DNA of 64,000 nucleotides. Origin: Tenericutes bacterium HGW-Tenericutes-2. GTDB taxonomy: Bacteria > Bacillota_I > Bacilli_A > Acholeplasmatales > Acholeplasmataceae. The stretch spans positions 2,444-66,443 of the forward strand of contig PGXL01000009.1 of assembly GCA_002839095.1 (NCBI GenBank), given 5' to 3'. Shown in pieces: positions 31,275 through 41,438 of this stretch. The first letter of the stretch is position 1, and the number at the start of each line of letters is the position of its first letter. The position numbers and the translations under genes are program-made. Under the pieces are notes generated by a model. The model worked only from the letters and a program-made list of their open reading frames with translations, had not been told where the DNA came from and did not search any database.

Positions 31275-31297
31275 TACCCTTGAAGGGTATTTTTTTG
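31274..31297 (+). terminator. Rho-independent terminator
   Basis: ataccc-ttgaa-gggtat + T7. Confidence 0.75.
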
Positions 31298-31361
31298 TGC
31301 ATTTTTTAAGTAATTATTTCAAGAATATGATACTTTTAATATGGAAGAAAGGATGATATAA

Positions 31362-32687
31362 ATGTCTTCATTAAAAAAAGAAATAGGCTTGTTTGGAGGA
31401 ATCTCTATCCTAGCTGGAATTATGATCGGGTCCGGTATATTTGTTTTTGGTAGTCTTGTCTTAGTTCAAGTTGGTTATGCAATAGGATTATCTTTATTAG
31501 CTTGGTTAATCGGTGGAGTGATTACATTATTTTCTGGGTTAACATATGCTGAGCTTGGTACAATGTTTCCAGAGACTGGTGGATATTATGTTTATTTAAA
31601 AAAGGCTTATGGGTCTAAGGTTGCATTCTTAAGTGGGATTACATCCTTTGTCTTATCGAGTAGTGGATCCATTGCACTATTAGCTTTAGTGTTTGCTGAA
31701 ATTCTTTCCTATGTAATACCTATAGCAAATTACGTTAAATTGATTGCTGCTTTATTGATTATTGCACTTTCTGTTGTTAATTACTTTGGTGTCAAAGCAG
31801 GAGCTATTGTTCAAAAAGTATTTTTAGTTGCTAAGATTATACCAATCTTTGCAATTATATTCATTGGTTTATTTATGGGTACAGAATCTGTGAATCTTAC
31901 ATTTACACCAATTGGAGATGTATCATTCTTTAAAATACTTTCAATGGTAGGCTTTGGTGTGGTTGCTACACTTTGGGCTTATGAAGGATGGACAAATTTA
32001 AATACTGTTGCTGGAGAAATGAAAAATGTTAAGAGAGATCTTCCAAGAGCTTTAGTCATTTCAATCAGTGCAGTTACAGTTATTTATGTTTTATTTATCT
32101 TTGCACTTTATAGAATTATTCCTTATGCAAGCTTAATGGCATCTGATGCAAGCTCAAACTTCACGATAGGTGCGATGATGACTTTATTTGGTGAAACTGG
32201 GATGCTCGTTGTATTTATAGCGGTTATGATTTCAATATTTGGTGCATTAAATGGTAGTGTCATGGTTTTCCCGCGTGTCTATTATGCGATGGCAGAAGAT
32301 AAGACATTTTTTAAGTCATTTAGTAAATTAGACAAGAAGTATAATACTCCGTTTGTATCGATTATTGGTTCAGGCTTAATGGCTATCGTTTTACTTGTCT
32401 TTAATATTAGAGAATTACTTACATTTGTAGTATTTGGTGGACTGATTTTTAATACACTTATTTTCTACTCAGTCTTTATGTTTAGAAAAAAGAATCCAGA
32501 GCTTGAAAGACCTTATAAGGTTTGGGGGTATCCATACGTACCAGCGATTGCGATTATTGGTATGGTTGGGTTATTAATTGCGACCTTAATTGAAAGCTTA
32601 GTACCATCCTTAATTGGATTTGCAGTATTAATTGTTGGATATTTCGTATATGATCTAGTCTTTAAACTTAAGAAAACAAAAGAATAA
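31362..32687 (+). CDS. APC superfamily amino acid permease
   Basis: 441 aa, 12 TM, APC-family N-terminal signature region. Confidence 0.8.
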   Translation: MSSLKKEIGLFGGISILAGIMIGSGIFVFGSLVLVQVGYAIGLSLLAWLIGGVITLFSGLTYAELGTMFPETGGYYVYLKKAYGSKVAFLSGITSFVLSSSGSIALLALVFAEILSYVIPIANYVKLIAALLIIALSVVNYFGVKAGAIVQKVFLVAKIIPIFAIIFIGLFMGTESVNLTFTPIGDVSFFKILSMVGFGVVATLWAYEGWTNLNTVAGEMKNVKRDLPRALVISISAVTVIYVLFIFALYRIIPYASLMASDASSNFTIGAMMTLFGETGMLVVFIAVMISIFGALNGSVMVFPRVYYAMAEDKTFFKSFSKLDKKYNTPFVSIIGSGLMAIVLLVFNIRELLTFVVFGGLIFNTLIFYSVFMFRKKNPELERPYKVWGYPYVPAIAIIGMVGLLIATLIESLVPSLIGFAVLIVGYFVYDLVFKLKKTKE

Positions 32688-32695
32688 AAGGAAAA

Positions 32696-32720
32696 AAAGT
32701 GCAATTTTTGCACTTTTTCT
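32696..32720. terminator. Bidirectional terminator between APC permease and clpB
   Basis: aaagtgcaa-ttt-ttgcacttt + T-run. Confidence 0.8.
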
Positions 32721-34850
32721 TTACACTTTGATTCTTATCTTGAGTTGAGCATCTTCAACATACATCTGATAATACTTATGTGGCTCTATTGAGCCCTCGA
32801 TTATCTTAGTTGCTACAAGCGTTTCAATATGTCTTTGGATAAATCTTTTCAAAGGTCTAGCACCATATTCATCATTAAATCCATGCTGTATTACATATTT
32901 TTGAATATCTTCACCGAGTTCAATAAATAAATTCTTTTCCTTTAATCTTTCATTCAAGTCATTTAACATCTTATTTGCTATTTCTATTTGAACCTTTAGG
33001 TTTAATGCGTTAAAGATAATAATCTCATCAATTCTATTGATAAACTCTGGTTTAAACTTTTCTTTAACTAACTTCATGACTTCCCTTTGAGCTTCTTTTT
33101 CATAGCTGAGTAAATACTCACTACCGATATTTGAAGTTAATATAATGATTGTGTTCTTAAAATCAACAGTACGTCCTTGGTTATCAGTTAATCTTCCATC
33201 CTCAAGTATTTGAAGAAGGATGTTAAAGACTTCAGGATGTGCTTTTTCCACTTCATCAAATAAGATAATGGAATATGGCTTTCTTCGTACAGCCTCAGTG
33301 AGCTGACCACCTTCATCATATCCAACATATCCAGGAGGAGAACCAATTAATCTAGCAACACTATGAGATTCCATGTACTCGCTCATATCAATTCTAACGA
33401 TTTGATGCTCACTATCAAATAAGGCTTCAGCAAGTGATCTTGCTACTTCTGTTTTTCCGACACCGGTAGGTCCTAGGAATAAGAAGGAACCTATTGGTCT
33501 ATTTTCATCCTTAATCCCTGCACGTTGTCTAATAATCGCGTCACTTATCAATCTTAGGGCATGATCTTGTCCGATTACTCTTTTTTTAAGCGTAGATTCT
33601 AGATGTAAAAGCTTTTCCTTATCACCTGACATGAGCTTTGATATTGGAATATTGGTCCATTTAGAAACAATTTCAGCGATACTTTCTTCAGAGACAATCT
33701 CAGTGAGTAATTTACCTTCCATTTGATTTTCTAGTGCAATATCATTAATCATCTTTTCTAAAGATGGTATTTTTGAATATTGTAATTCTGCAGCCTTTTG
33801 ATAATTAGAATCATTGAATGCATTTTGTAGATCAATGCGAAGCTTTTCAAGTTCATTTTTCTTAACTTTGATTTGATTCAAATGATCCTTTTCGGTTTCC
33901 CATTGTTTTCTTAAATTTTTCTCTTTGACCTTTAATTGTTCGATTTCTTGTTTGATCTTTGCTAGTCTATCCTTTGAGATAGGGTCAGTTTCTTTATCTA
34001 GTGCAGTTTTTTCTATTTCTAGCTGCATAATTCTTCGAAGTACAGTATCAAGTTCGACTGGCATCGAATCTATTTCCATACGAATAGAAGCACAGGCTTC
34101 ATCAATTAAGTCGATTGCTTTATCAGGTAAAAAACGGTCTGAGATATATCTATTCGATAAAGTAGCAGATGCGATAATTGCTGGGTCTGAGATATGAACG
34201 CCATGATGCGCTTCAAATCTGGACTTTAACCCTCTTAAAATACTGATGGTATCCGCTACAGTTGGTTCATTGATTAGAACCTTTTGGAAGCGTCTTTCTA
34301 ATGCACTATCCTTTTCGATATATTTTCTATATTCATTTAAGGTTGTTGCACCTACACAGTGCAATTCACCTCTAGCTAGCATTGGCTTTAACATGTTAGA
34401 TGCATCCATTGCTCCATCTGCTCTACCGGCACCTACAATCGTGTGGAGTTCATCAATGAATAGAATAATTTCACCATTAGATTCTTTAATTTTATTTAAA
34501 ACTGCCTTTAATCTTTCTTCAAACTCACCTCTAAATTTAGCACCAGCAACAAGTGATGCTAAATCTAGTTCGTATATAATTTTATTTTGCAGTCCTAAAG
34601 GAACGTCTTTATCGACGATACGTCTAGCTAAGCCTTCAACGATTGCTGTTTTACCAACACCAGGTTCACCGATTAATACTGGGTTGTTCTTGGTTTTTCT
34701 TGATAAAATCTTAATCACACGACGAATTTCCTCTTCACGTCCAATCACAGGATCTATTTTTCCCTGTTTGACAGCCTCAACGATATTTCGCCCAAACTTG
34801 TCCAAAACCTTAGGATCATTGTTATAATCTTCCATTTGTGTAAAATTCAT
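32721..34850 (-). CDS. clpB: ATP-dependent chaperone ClpB (short form lacking N-terminal domain)
   Basis: 709 aa; two AAA+ modules (GEPGVGKT; GPTGVGKT), long coiled-coil M-domain between Walker A/B of NBD1, C-terminal sensor; GGAGG SD. Confidence 0.9.
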   Translation of the reverse strand: MNFTQMEDYNNDPKVLDKFGRNIVEAVKQGKIDPVIGREEEIRRVIKILSRKTKNNPVLIGEPGVGKTAIVEGLARRIVDKDVPLGLQNKIIYELDLASLVAGAKFRGEFEERLKAVLNKIKESNGEIILFIDELHTIVGAGRADGAMDASNMLKPMLARGELHCVGATTLNEYRKYIEKDSALERRFQKVLINEPTVADTISILRGLKSRFEAHHGVHISDPAIIASATLSNRYISDRFLPDKAIDLIDEACASIRMEIDSMPVELDTVLRRIMQLEIEKTALDKETDPISKDRLAKIKQEIEQLKVKEKNLRKQWETEKDHLNQIKVKKNELEKLRIDLQNAFNDSNYQKAAELQYSKIPSLEKMINDIALENQMEGKLLTEIVSEESIAEIVSKWTNIPISKLMSGDKEKLLHLESTLKKRVIGQDHALRLISDAIIRQRAGIKDENRPIGSFLFLGPTGVGKTEVARSLAEALFDSEHQIVRIDMSEYMESHSVARLIGSPPGYVGYDEGGQLTEAVRRKPYSIILFDEVEKAHPEVFNILLQILEDGRLTDNQGRTVDFKNTIIILTSNIGSEYLLSYEKEAQREVMKLVKEKFKPEFINRIDEIIIFNALNLKVQIEIANKMLNDLNERLKEKNLFIELGEDIQKYVIQHGFNDEYGARPLKRFIQRHIETLVATKIIEGSIEPHKYYQMYVEDAQLKIRIKV

Positions 34851-35014
34851 GATTGTCCTCCTTGGCAGTCTTTGTAATCAATTGCCAATACCATTATAAA
34901 ACATTAAATTGGCACTGTCAACAATTAAGTGCTAAATATACGTTTTTTAAATGAGTTGTGATACAATATATTTGACTTGCAAAACTATAATGATATGTAG
35001 AAGAGGATAACTAT

Positions 35015-35473
35015 ATGATCAAGGTCTTATTTGTTTGTTTAGGAAATATATGTCGCTCCCCAATGGCTGAAGGAATGCTAAAGAAAATGATTCATGATCA
35101 TGGGCTACAAGATAAGATTCATGTTGAATCTAGAGCAACTTCAACATGGGAAGAGGGTAATCCTCCACACCCAGGTACGAGAAGAATTCTAGATCGAATT
35201 GGTGCTGATTATCAAAATAAAAAATCAACCCAAATTACAAAAATGGATTTTAATGAATATGATTACATTATTGGTATGGATCATGCGAATATGAAATACC
35301 TTCAAGAGCATGCAGGAAAGAATATTCATAAGCTTTATCTCTTAAGAGATATTGATCCGAATACAAAGGGGGAAGTAATTCCTGATCCTTATTTTTCAGG
35401 AGAGCATGAAAAAACATATTTATTATTAAGTGATGCATTAAAGCTTTGGCTTGATAAGCTGAAAAATGAATAA
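35015..35473 (+). CDS. Low-molecular-weight protein-tyrosine phosphatase / ArsC-type reductase fold
   Basis: P-loop CLGNICRS, DP motif; 152 aa. Confidence 0.85.
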   Translation: MIKVLFVCLGNICRSPMAEGMLKKMIHDHGLQDKIHVESRATSTWEEGNPPHPGTRRILDRIGADYQNKKSTQITKMDFNEYDYIIGMDHANMKYLQEHAGKNIHKLYLLRDIDPNTKGEVIPDPYFSGEHEKTYLLLSDALKLWLDKLKNE

Positions 35474-35482
35474 GTTTTATAT

Positions 35483-35511
35483 TGACTTTTCAGTTAATAA
35501 AAAGTTATAAT
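35483..35511 (+). promoter_or_regulatory. Sigma-70 type promoter for tRNA-Cys
   Basis: -35 TTGACT, 17-nt spacer, -10 TATAAT, 16 nt upstream of tRNA. Confidence 0.75.
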
Positions 35512-35526
35512 GATATAGCATGTTAA

Positions 35527-35600
35527 GGCCTCATAGCCAAGTGGTAAGGCAAGGCACTGCAACTGCCTGATCATCGGTTCAAATCCGTTTGAGGCCTCCA
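35527..35600 (+). tRNA. tRNA-Cys (anticodon GCA)
   Basis: Acceptor ggcctca/tgaggcc, anticodon stem aggca/tgcct loop ctGCAac, T-loop ttcaaat, CCA encoded. Confidence 0.9.
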
Positions 35601-35664
35601 AAATATGTTTTAATTGGTATCACCAGTCGAATTAGAACTGGGAATACCAACTATGATTGATAAG

Positions 35665-35693
35665 CACTCCAAATGGAGTGTTTTTTCTTTTTT
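35665..35693 (+). terminator. Rho-independent terminator after tRNA-Cys
   Basis: cactcc-aaat-ggagtg + TTTTTTCTTTTTT. Confidence 0.85.
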
Positions 35694-35817
35694 ATGAAGG
35701 ACATTATAATAATCAAACTTCTTTATGGCAATCTAATGATATAATTTGAGTAAATATGAATGATGATAGTTAGCTATAATTAAAATTAGTCCAATCAAGA
35801 AATGGGGGTATAGTACA

Positions 35818-36249
35818 ATGAAGAAAATGATATGCATGATGTTTCTATTATTAGTAACACTATTTTTGTCGTCTTGCGCTAAATCAAATCAATTCAATTA
35901 TTATTCATTGCGAGAGGATGTTTCAAAAGTCGAAATTATACATGTAAATACACAATGGGAATTGAAATATGAAGTGTTGAATGAGTTGAGCGAAAATGAA
36001 GTAGAAGTATTTTTGGAAAAGTTATCGGAAATTAATTATACTAAATCCTTGTTTGGTGATCCAGGTACTTTGGATGACGAAAAATGTATAAAAATCACAT
36101 ATAAAAGTGGAGATTTTGACATTGTTACATCATATTTAATAGTTAAATTCGATGCAAATAGTTCACAGATTCAATGGGAAAGTATAATTATAGATAAATT
36201 AATAGTAGCAGAAAAATATAATGTATTAATTGAAGAGTATGGTGAATGA
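35818..36249 (+). CDS. Lipoprotein, hypothetical
   Basis: GGGGGT SD; signal peptide with lipobox LSSC. Confidence 0.6.
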   Translation: MKKMICMMFLLLVTLFLSSCAKSNQFNYYSLREDVSKVEIIHVNTQWELKYEVLNELSENEVEVFLEKLSEINYTKSLFGDPGTLDDEKCIKITYKSGDFDIVTSYLIVKFDANSSQIQWESIIIDKLIVAEKYNVLIEEYGE

Positions 36250-36423
36250 TTGAATATATCTATATCAAATCAATTTTTACAGCTGCACTATTAATACTCA
36301 AAATTTATAAAATTGGAATGGCACACATATTTAAAATGGAAACAGAAGTTAATACACCTGATGCAGAAAAACAAATTGATCCAACTTAAGGTTAATAGAA
36401 GCCTTAATTTATCATGCCTCAAA

Positions 36424-36455
36424 CGTCTAATGTCTTCTCATTAGACGCTTTTTTT
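36424..36455 (+). terminator. Strong rho-independent terminator 175 nt downstream of lipoprotein gene
   Basis: 9-bp stem cgtctaatg / cattagacg, loop tcttct, T7. Confidence 0.85.
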
Positions 36456-36576
36456 ATATCACATAGTCAAACCATAATTAGGAGTACACTATGATTTTAG
36501 TCACTTTTGGTGTACAATTATAATGATGTGTAAATACATACATACGATACAAATCTATAAAACAAAAGGAGAATAT

Positions 36577-37488
36577 ATGGAAAAAACAGAATATAAAATA
36601 GCATTAATGATCGATTCAGAGAATGTATCCTACAAATATATTAAATCAGTAATGAACGAAATTGCTAAATACGGTAAGATTGTCATTGCTAGATTTTATG
36701 GGGACTTAAATAATTTATCAAAGGATTGGCATAAGACAGCACAGGACAACGCGATAAAACCAGTCCATCAATACAATGTAGCAATCGGCAAGAATGCTGC
36801 AGATATGGCAATGGCACTAGATGCTCAGGAAATGATGTATCAAGAAAAGGTCAACGCCTTCTTTTTAGTAACATCAGATTCAGATTTCACACCTCTCGCA
36901 GTTAAGCTCAGAGAAGGTGGAATGCACGTTATTGGTGTTGGTAATGAGAAAAAGGTTACTCAAGCTTTTAGATCTGCATGCAATGAATTCAAATATTTTG
37001 AATATTTAAATGATGAAGATGATGATGAAACAACAGAATCAATTGAAAAGAGCGCAGCTACAAGTCAAGAAATCGGTGGAATCATCAAAAGTATCATTAT
37101 TGAGAATGGAGCAGATAATAAAATTCAATTGAGTAGATTAGGAGACATACTAGTCAATCGTTTTTCTGATTTTGACTCAAGAAAATATGGTCATAAAACT
37201 CTATCAAGCTTAGTCAGTTCATTAAACGGAATCTCATTATCTCAAGAAAAAACAACTACATTTGTAAACTTCAGTTCAAAATTGTCGATGAAAGACATTT
37301 CTAAGGCAATTAAAGAAATCATTTCTCAAAATAAGAGTAAGGAAATGATATTAACAAAAATAAAACAAGAATTAGAAAAGAAATATCCTGAATTCAATTA
37401 TCAGGAATTAGGTTTCACAAGATTTTCTAAATTGATTGGAAGTATTGATGATGTTGCTGTAAAGAGTAATTCAGCTAAGCTCAAGTAA
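36577..37488 (+). CDS. NYN (LabA-like) domain protein with C-terminal OST-HTH/LOTUS domains
   Basis: AAAGGAG SD; NYN core (IALMIDSENV...FFLVTSDSDF...IGVG) with conserved acidic residues; C-terminal LOTUS-like repeats (start at 36523 in ORF track is an upstream extension). Confidence 0.75.
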   Translation: MEKTEYKIALMIDSENVSYKYIKSVMNEIAKYGKIVIARFYGDLNNLSKDWHKTAQDNAIKPVHQYNVAIGKNAADMAMALDAQEMMYQEKVNAFFLVTSDSDFTPLAVKLREGGMHVIGVGNEKKVTQAFRSACNEFKYFEYLNDEDDDETTESIEKSAATSQEIGGIIKSIIIENGADNKIQLSRLGDILVNRFSDFDSRKYGHKTLSSLVSSLNGISLSQEKTTTFVNFSSKLSMKDISKAIKEIISQNKSKEMILTKIKQELEKKYPEFNYQELGFTRFSKLIGSIDDVAVKSNSAKLK

Positions 37489-37489
37489 T

Positions 37490-37825
37490 ATGAAAAGCTT
37501 CGATATCAAAAGTGACATGCCACTCGCATCTGAAGCTGGAAGAAGACTTGCTTTGATTATAAGAAATTGTACTGGTAAGGATAAGGTCATTAAAATCGTT
37601 CACGGCTATGGTTCTTCTGGGATTGGTGGGTCAATCAAAACAGCAGTACACAAATCACTGCGCTCTAAAGTATCTAATGGAGAGATTAAAGCTTACATAC
37701 CAGGTGAAGCATTTTCTGTTATGATGGGTTTTGATGAGGTTATCCAAATGTACTCTAATTTAATTCAATCAGATTCTGATTATAAGAAAATGAATGATGG
37801 TATTACATATATAATTCTCAAATAG
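37490..37825 (+). CDS. Smr domain protein (degenerate N-terminal DxH region)
   Basis: Smr core KVIKIVHGYGSSG...IKTAVHKSLRS; ATG 2 nt after upstream stop (operonic). Confidence 0.6.
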   Translation: MKSFDIKSDMPLASEAGRRLALIIRNCTGKDKVIKIVHGYGSSGIGGSIKTAVHKSLRSKVSNGEIKAYIPGEAFSVMMGFDEVIQMYSNLIQSDSDYKKMNDGITYIILK

Positions 37826-37837
37826 GGGTGGGAACGT

Positions 37838-38656
37838 ATGACAATAGAACAACTAAAGAAAAGAAAAGATTATCTTGATAATATACTTATTCTTATTAGT
37901 TTTTTATTACTTATAGCAATTTCTATAGGCTTGGCAGTTCATTGGTTTTTTTTAATTGCATTATTGATTGCACTTTTTTTCATACCACATCAACTAGCTT
38001 ATAAAAAGCTCAAACTTGATTTCAAGAATCATCATGTTAAAAAAATGATTGATTCAATTATCCCAGGACTAACATATGTTCCTGAAAAAGGTTTTGATGA
38101 AAATGAGGTTTTTGAGTCAAAAGTTTTAAAAAAATTCACAACCTATAAAAGTGAAGACTATTTATCTGGAACTATCAAAGGTAAATCATTCGAGTCAGCA
38201 GATGTCAGAATCGAACAAGTGGTATCTAATGGTAAGACTACTACTAGAATTATAAGATTTTTAGGAAGACTCTTTATTCTAGATTTTCAGAAAAAATTTG
38301 AAAATGACGTATATATATCAACTGACAAAATACATAACCAGTCTATATTTTCTAATGACAAGAAAGTAAAAACAGAGTCCATTGAGTTTAACAAAAAATT
38401 TAGTGTATTTTCAGAATCACAACATTCAGCTTTTTATCTATTGACACCACGCTTTATGGAGAGACTAGAATCATTCTCAACGATTGCTAAGCACGTTATG
38501 TTTGCATTCAAGGATAACAAAGTATATATAGCTCTTCACACTGAAAGAGATGCATTTGATATAAAGTATAGCGATACAATTGATGTGAATTATATTGAAT
38601 TTGTTAAAGAAGAACTTAAACTTCTTGAAGATCTAGTTGCATTTATACCTCAATAA
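37838..38656 (+). CDS. Membrane protein, DUF3137-like (2 N-terminal TM helices + cytoplasmic domain), uncertain family
   Basis: GGGTGGGA SD; N-terminal TM hairpin, remainder soluble; tight spacing with Smr gene. Confidence 0.4.
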   Translation: MTIEQLKKRKDYLDNILILISFLLLIAISIGLAVHWFFLIALLIALFFIPHQLAYKKLKLDFKNHHVKKMIDSIIPGLTYVPEKGFDENEVFESKVLKKFTTYKSEDYLSGTIKGKSFESADVRIEQVVSNGKTTTRIIRFLGRLFILDFQKKFENDVYISTDKIHNQSIFSNDKKVKTESIEFNKKFSVFSESQHSAFYLLTPRFMERLESFSTIAKHVMFAFKDNKVYIALHTERDAFDIKYSDTIDVNYIEFVKEELKLLEDLVAFIPQ

Positions 38657-38678
38657 CAACCCCAAAGGTTGTTTTTTA
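38655..38678 (+). terminator. Rho-independent terminator
   Basis: aacaacc-ccaaa-ggttgtt + T-run. Confidence 0.75.
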
Positions 38679-38724
38679 ATTGAACATACATGGTAAAATA
38701 TAGTAAATACTAGGAGGTTTATCT

Positions 38725-39732
38725 ATGAATATTTCAAATTATTTCAAACCAAAAACCATGATTTATACGGGTAAGCATGTTAAAACACCGACATCCATCA
38801 AGCATTATGCTTATGATGCAAAATCACTACAAATCACTTCTGATTTTAAATCTAACAACCTAAAAAACTATATTCAAATTGTTGGATTATCCAATGTTGA
38901 AGAAATAGCAATCATTAAGAATCACTATAACATAGATTCTCTTATACTAGAAGACGTTTTTAATGTCAACCAAAGAAATAAGCTAGAAGTTATTGATAAT
39001 TCGATCTTTGGTGCTTTTCATGTCGAATATCTAGAAAATGATTATGTTAAAGAGGATTACATGAGTATGATCATGATTGAGAATACAATCATTACATTTC
39101 ATGAAACAGAACCTATATACTTAAAGTCACTAGATTCATTATTTAATGATCATAAGGAGCTTAGAGAAAGAAGTATTGATTATCTTTTATTCCAAATACT
39201 AGATATCATCACTGATAATCACTTGGATGTATATGATGAACTTGATCTAGCAATAAATATATTTGAGGAAGAAATTCTTGAAACAAAAAATATCGAGCAA
39301 GAAGATGTTTATTTGGTCAGAAAAAACATGCTTAAACTAAAAAACAATGTTACACCTATTTATGAACAGCTTGATAAAATACTTCTTAAACATCCTCAAT
39401 TATTTGCTGTTGAAAATAAGCTTTATTATGAAGACTTAAAGGACCATCTACAACGCTTAGATAGTAGAATCAATCAATCTAGAGAAGTCATGAGAAATTT
39501 ATTAGATCTTCATATGAATAACCAATCCAATAAGATGAATAAGATTATGGCTACACTAACACTTTTTTCAGCAATTTTTATTCCGTTGTCCTTTTTAACT
39601 GGATTCTTTGGAATGAACTTTGTTCACTTTGGAGTATTAGAGTACACGCATGCAGTTTTATTATTTACTGCAATGTGTGTGATTATAGCTGTTTCAATGG
39701 TTATTTTCTTTAAAAAGAGAAAATGGTTTTAA
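38725..39732 (+). CDS. corA: CorA family Mg2+/Co2+ transporter
   Basis: GMNF motif in penultimate TM (FFGMNF), two C-terminal TM helices, 335 aa. Confidence 0.85.
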   Translation: MNISNYFKPKTMIYTGKHVKTPTSIKHYAYDAKSLQITSDFKSNNLKNYIQIVGLSNVEEIAIIKNHYNIDSLILEDVFNVNQRNKLEVIDNSIFGAFHVEYLENDYVKEDYMSMIMIENTIITFHETEPIYLKSLDSLFNDHKELRERSIDYLLFQILDIITDNHLDVYDELDLAINIFEEEILETKNIEQEDVYLVRKNMLKLKNNVTPIYEQLDKILLKHPQLFAVENKLYYEDLKDHLQRLDSRINQSREVMRNLLDLHMNNQSNKMNKIMATLTLFSAIFIPLSFLTGFFGMNFVHFGVLEYTHAVLLFTAMCVIIAVSMVIFFKKRKWF

Positions 39733-39737
39733 CAAAA

Positions 39738-39763
39738 AAGGAGCGAGTGCTCCTTAATTTTTT
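39738..39763. terminator. Bidirectional terminator (corA / PucR-like gene)
   Basis: aaggagc-gagt-gctcctt + T-run. Confidence 0.8.
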
Positions 39764-41313
39764 CCTGGCTCAAAATTTTTATAAAGATAGAGTGCAAAAT
39801 ATAAATCGAAATGGCTTTCCTTGTTCGATAGTACACTAAATCCCAATTGTTCAATCACATCTAAACGATATCTCACAGTATTATAATGAATAAATAGCTT
39901 TTCTGCAGTATCCTTGGCATTGAATTTGCATTCTATATGTTTATAGAGTGTATCAATCAAAGGGGTACTATTTTTTTGCTCGTATTCAACAAGAGGTTTT
40001 AAAATGGAATAAACATATTCTTTTAGATTTCCATAATCAATATTTTTTAATAGGTTTAAAAGCTTGATATTATCTTCTGTGTATAAGTGAATGCCTAAAT
40101 TTTTATTTTCGATATGGATCATAGCCTCTGAAAGCTGGAAATAGGTCTTTGAAATATTTGCTGCATCGAAAATCAAATTGGAATAGGTAATTCTAAATTG
40201 AGATTCCTTATATTTGATTTTTAATGTATCATACACGTTTTGCATGGTTTCATGCATACTAATCGTCTCAATCGTATTGATAATAAAAAGCAATTGATCA
40301 TTTAAAAGTGTGTATCTAAGCTCCTCACTGTTCAAATGGAATTTATTGATAATCACGGTTCTAATATACTCAACCATATTTGGGTTGATCATATTTTTAT
40401 GATTTTCCTTGATAGAGAATAGAATTAATGTTACTGGGAAGATGACATTCCATTTATACCGTTTGGTCGCTTCTATCAATTGTGTATTCGTGTAATTGGA
40501 TGATAAATTGGAAACGAAATTCAATAAAAATTGATTTTGTTTTAATATGTTTTCTACTTTTTTCTGATGGATTACAATAATCATTAATTTAAATATTTCA
40601 ATATAGTTGTGTAAAATATGTCGTTTTTCATTTTTAGCCATAAAAACGAATCTATAAATTGGTTTATCATCATATATAACATCTTCAGAATAATAGAGTG
40701 CATCTCCAACACGCTGGAATAAATTTTTAGTAGTCTTGGATTGATTGAAGTAGTTTAGCATAATCTCATTTGAATAATATGTCGTTTTATTATCTGAGTT
40801 TTGAATTAATAGTTCAAGATCTGGAATCTTATCAACAATACTCATTAATGTTTTTGTCGATGGATTATCATACACTTGTTTTAGAAATAAAGAGTAGTTC
40901 GCATCGAAAGAGTAATTTGTGTAATCCTGAGTTTGAAGCTCGCTGAGTATATTATTAAACAGTAATGACAAATTTGCATCATAGTTTAATGCGACAATCG
41001 GAATATTTAACTGATCACTTAGCTTTAAAATTTCCTCAGGTATGATATCAATATATCTTTTCATTTTTATAAGGATTCCTGCGGTTTCCTTTTTATTTAA
41101 GGCAAACAATAAATGCTTAAAAGTTTCTACATCTGTTTTAACAGGATAAAAAGTAGTCAGTATTAGACTTCTTTCAATAATATAGTTTTCGAAATCAGGT
41201 GTCTCTAAAATAGATACACTTTCAAAGCTACGATTTAAGTGTTCCTTGGCAGTCAATATTTCATAGGATTCAAATATTTCTCTCTCAAACAAATCCTTTA
41301 ATGTGGTTTTCAT
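39754..41313 (-). CDS. PucR-family (purine catabolism regulator-like) transcriptional regulator
   Basis: C-terminal PucR-type HTH region; start set at ATG (cat 41311-41313) after GAGGTG SD; ORF-track start at 41340 is an extension. Confidence 0.6.
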   Translation of the reverse strand: MKTTLKDLFEREIFESYEILTAKEHLNRSFESVSILETPDFENYIIERSLILTTFYPVKTDVETFKHLLFALNKKETAGILIKMKRYIDIIPEEILKLSDQLNIPIVALNYDANLSLLFNNILSELQTQDYTNYSFDANYSLFLKQVYDNPSTKTLMSIVDKIPDLELLIQNSDNKTTYYSNEIMLNYFNQSKTTKNLFQRVGDALYYSEDVIYDDKPIYRFVFMAKNEKRHILHNYIEIFKLMIIVIHQKKVENILKQNQFLLNFVSNLSSNYTNTQLIEATKRYKWNVIFPVTLILFSIKENHKNMINPNMVEYIRTVIINKFHLNSEELRYTLLNDQLLFIINTIETISMHETMQNVYDTLKIKYKESQFRITYSNLIFDAANISKTYFQLSEAMIHIENKNLGIHLYTEDNIKLLNLLKNIDYGNLKEYVYSILKPLVEYEQKNSTPLIDTLYKHIECKFNAKDTAEKLFIHYNTVRYRLDVIEQLGFSVLSNKESHFDLYFALYLYKNFEPGKN

Positions 41314-41438
41314 TTGCTCACCTCTACCATATTTTAGCAATCATTGTTACAAATTACAAGAATCAAGCGTTTTTATTGTAAAGCATTGCTAATTACAAAC
41401 ACTATACCATTTTTGTATAATTAAACTACATTGAGGAG

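Noticed and set aside
27812-34827. ORFs 27812-27994, 29087-29269, 29196-29387, 29702-29914, 32513-32713, 33925-34197, 34246-34827
   Set aside because: Alternative-frame or antisense ORFs within the S8 protease, the repeat protein, AEC transporter, APC permease and clpB; no start signals.
36318-36389. 23-codon ORF MAHIFKMETEVNTPDAEKQIDPT
   Set aside because: No Shine-Dalgarno sequence and too short or too unconserved-looking to call; kept only as part of a possible non-coding region finding.
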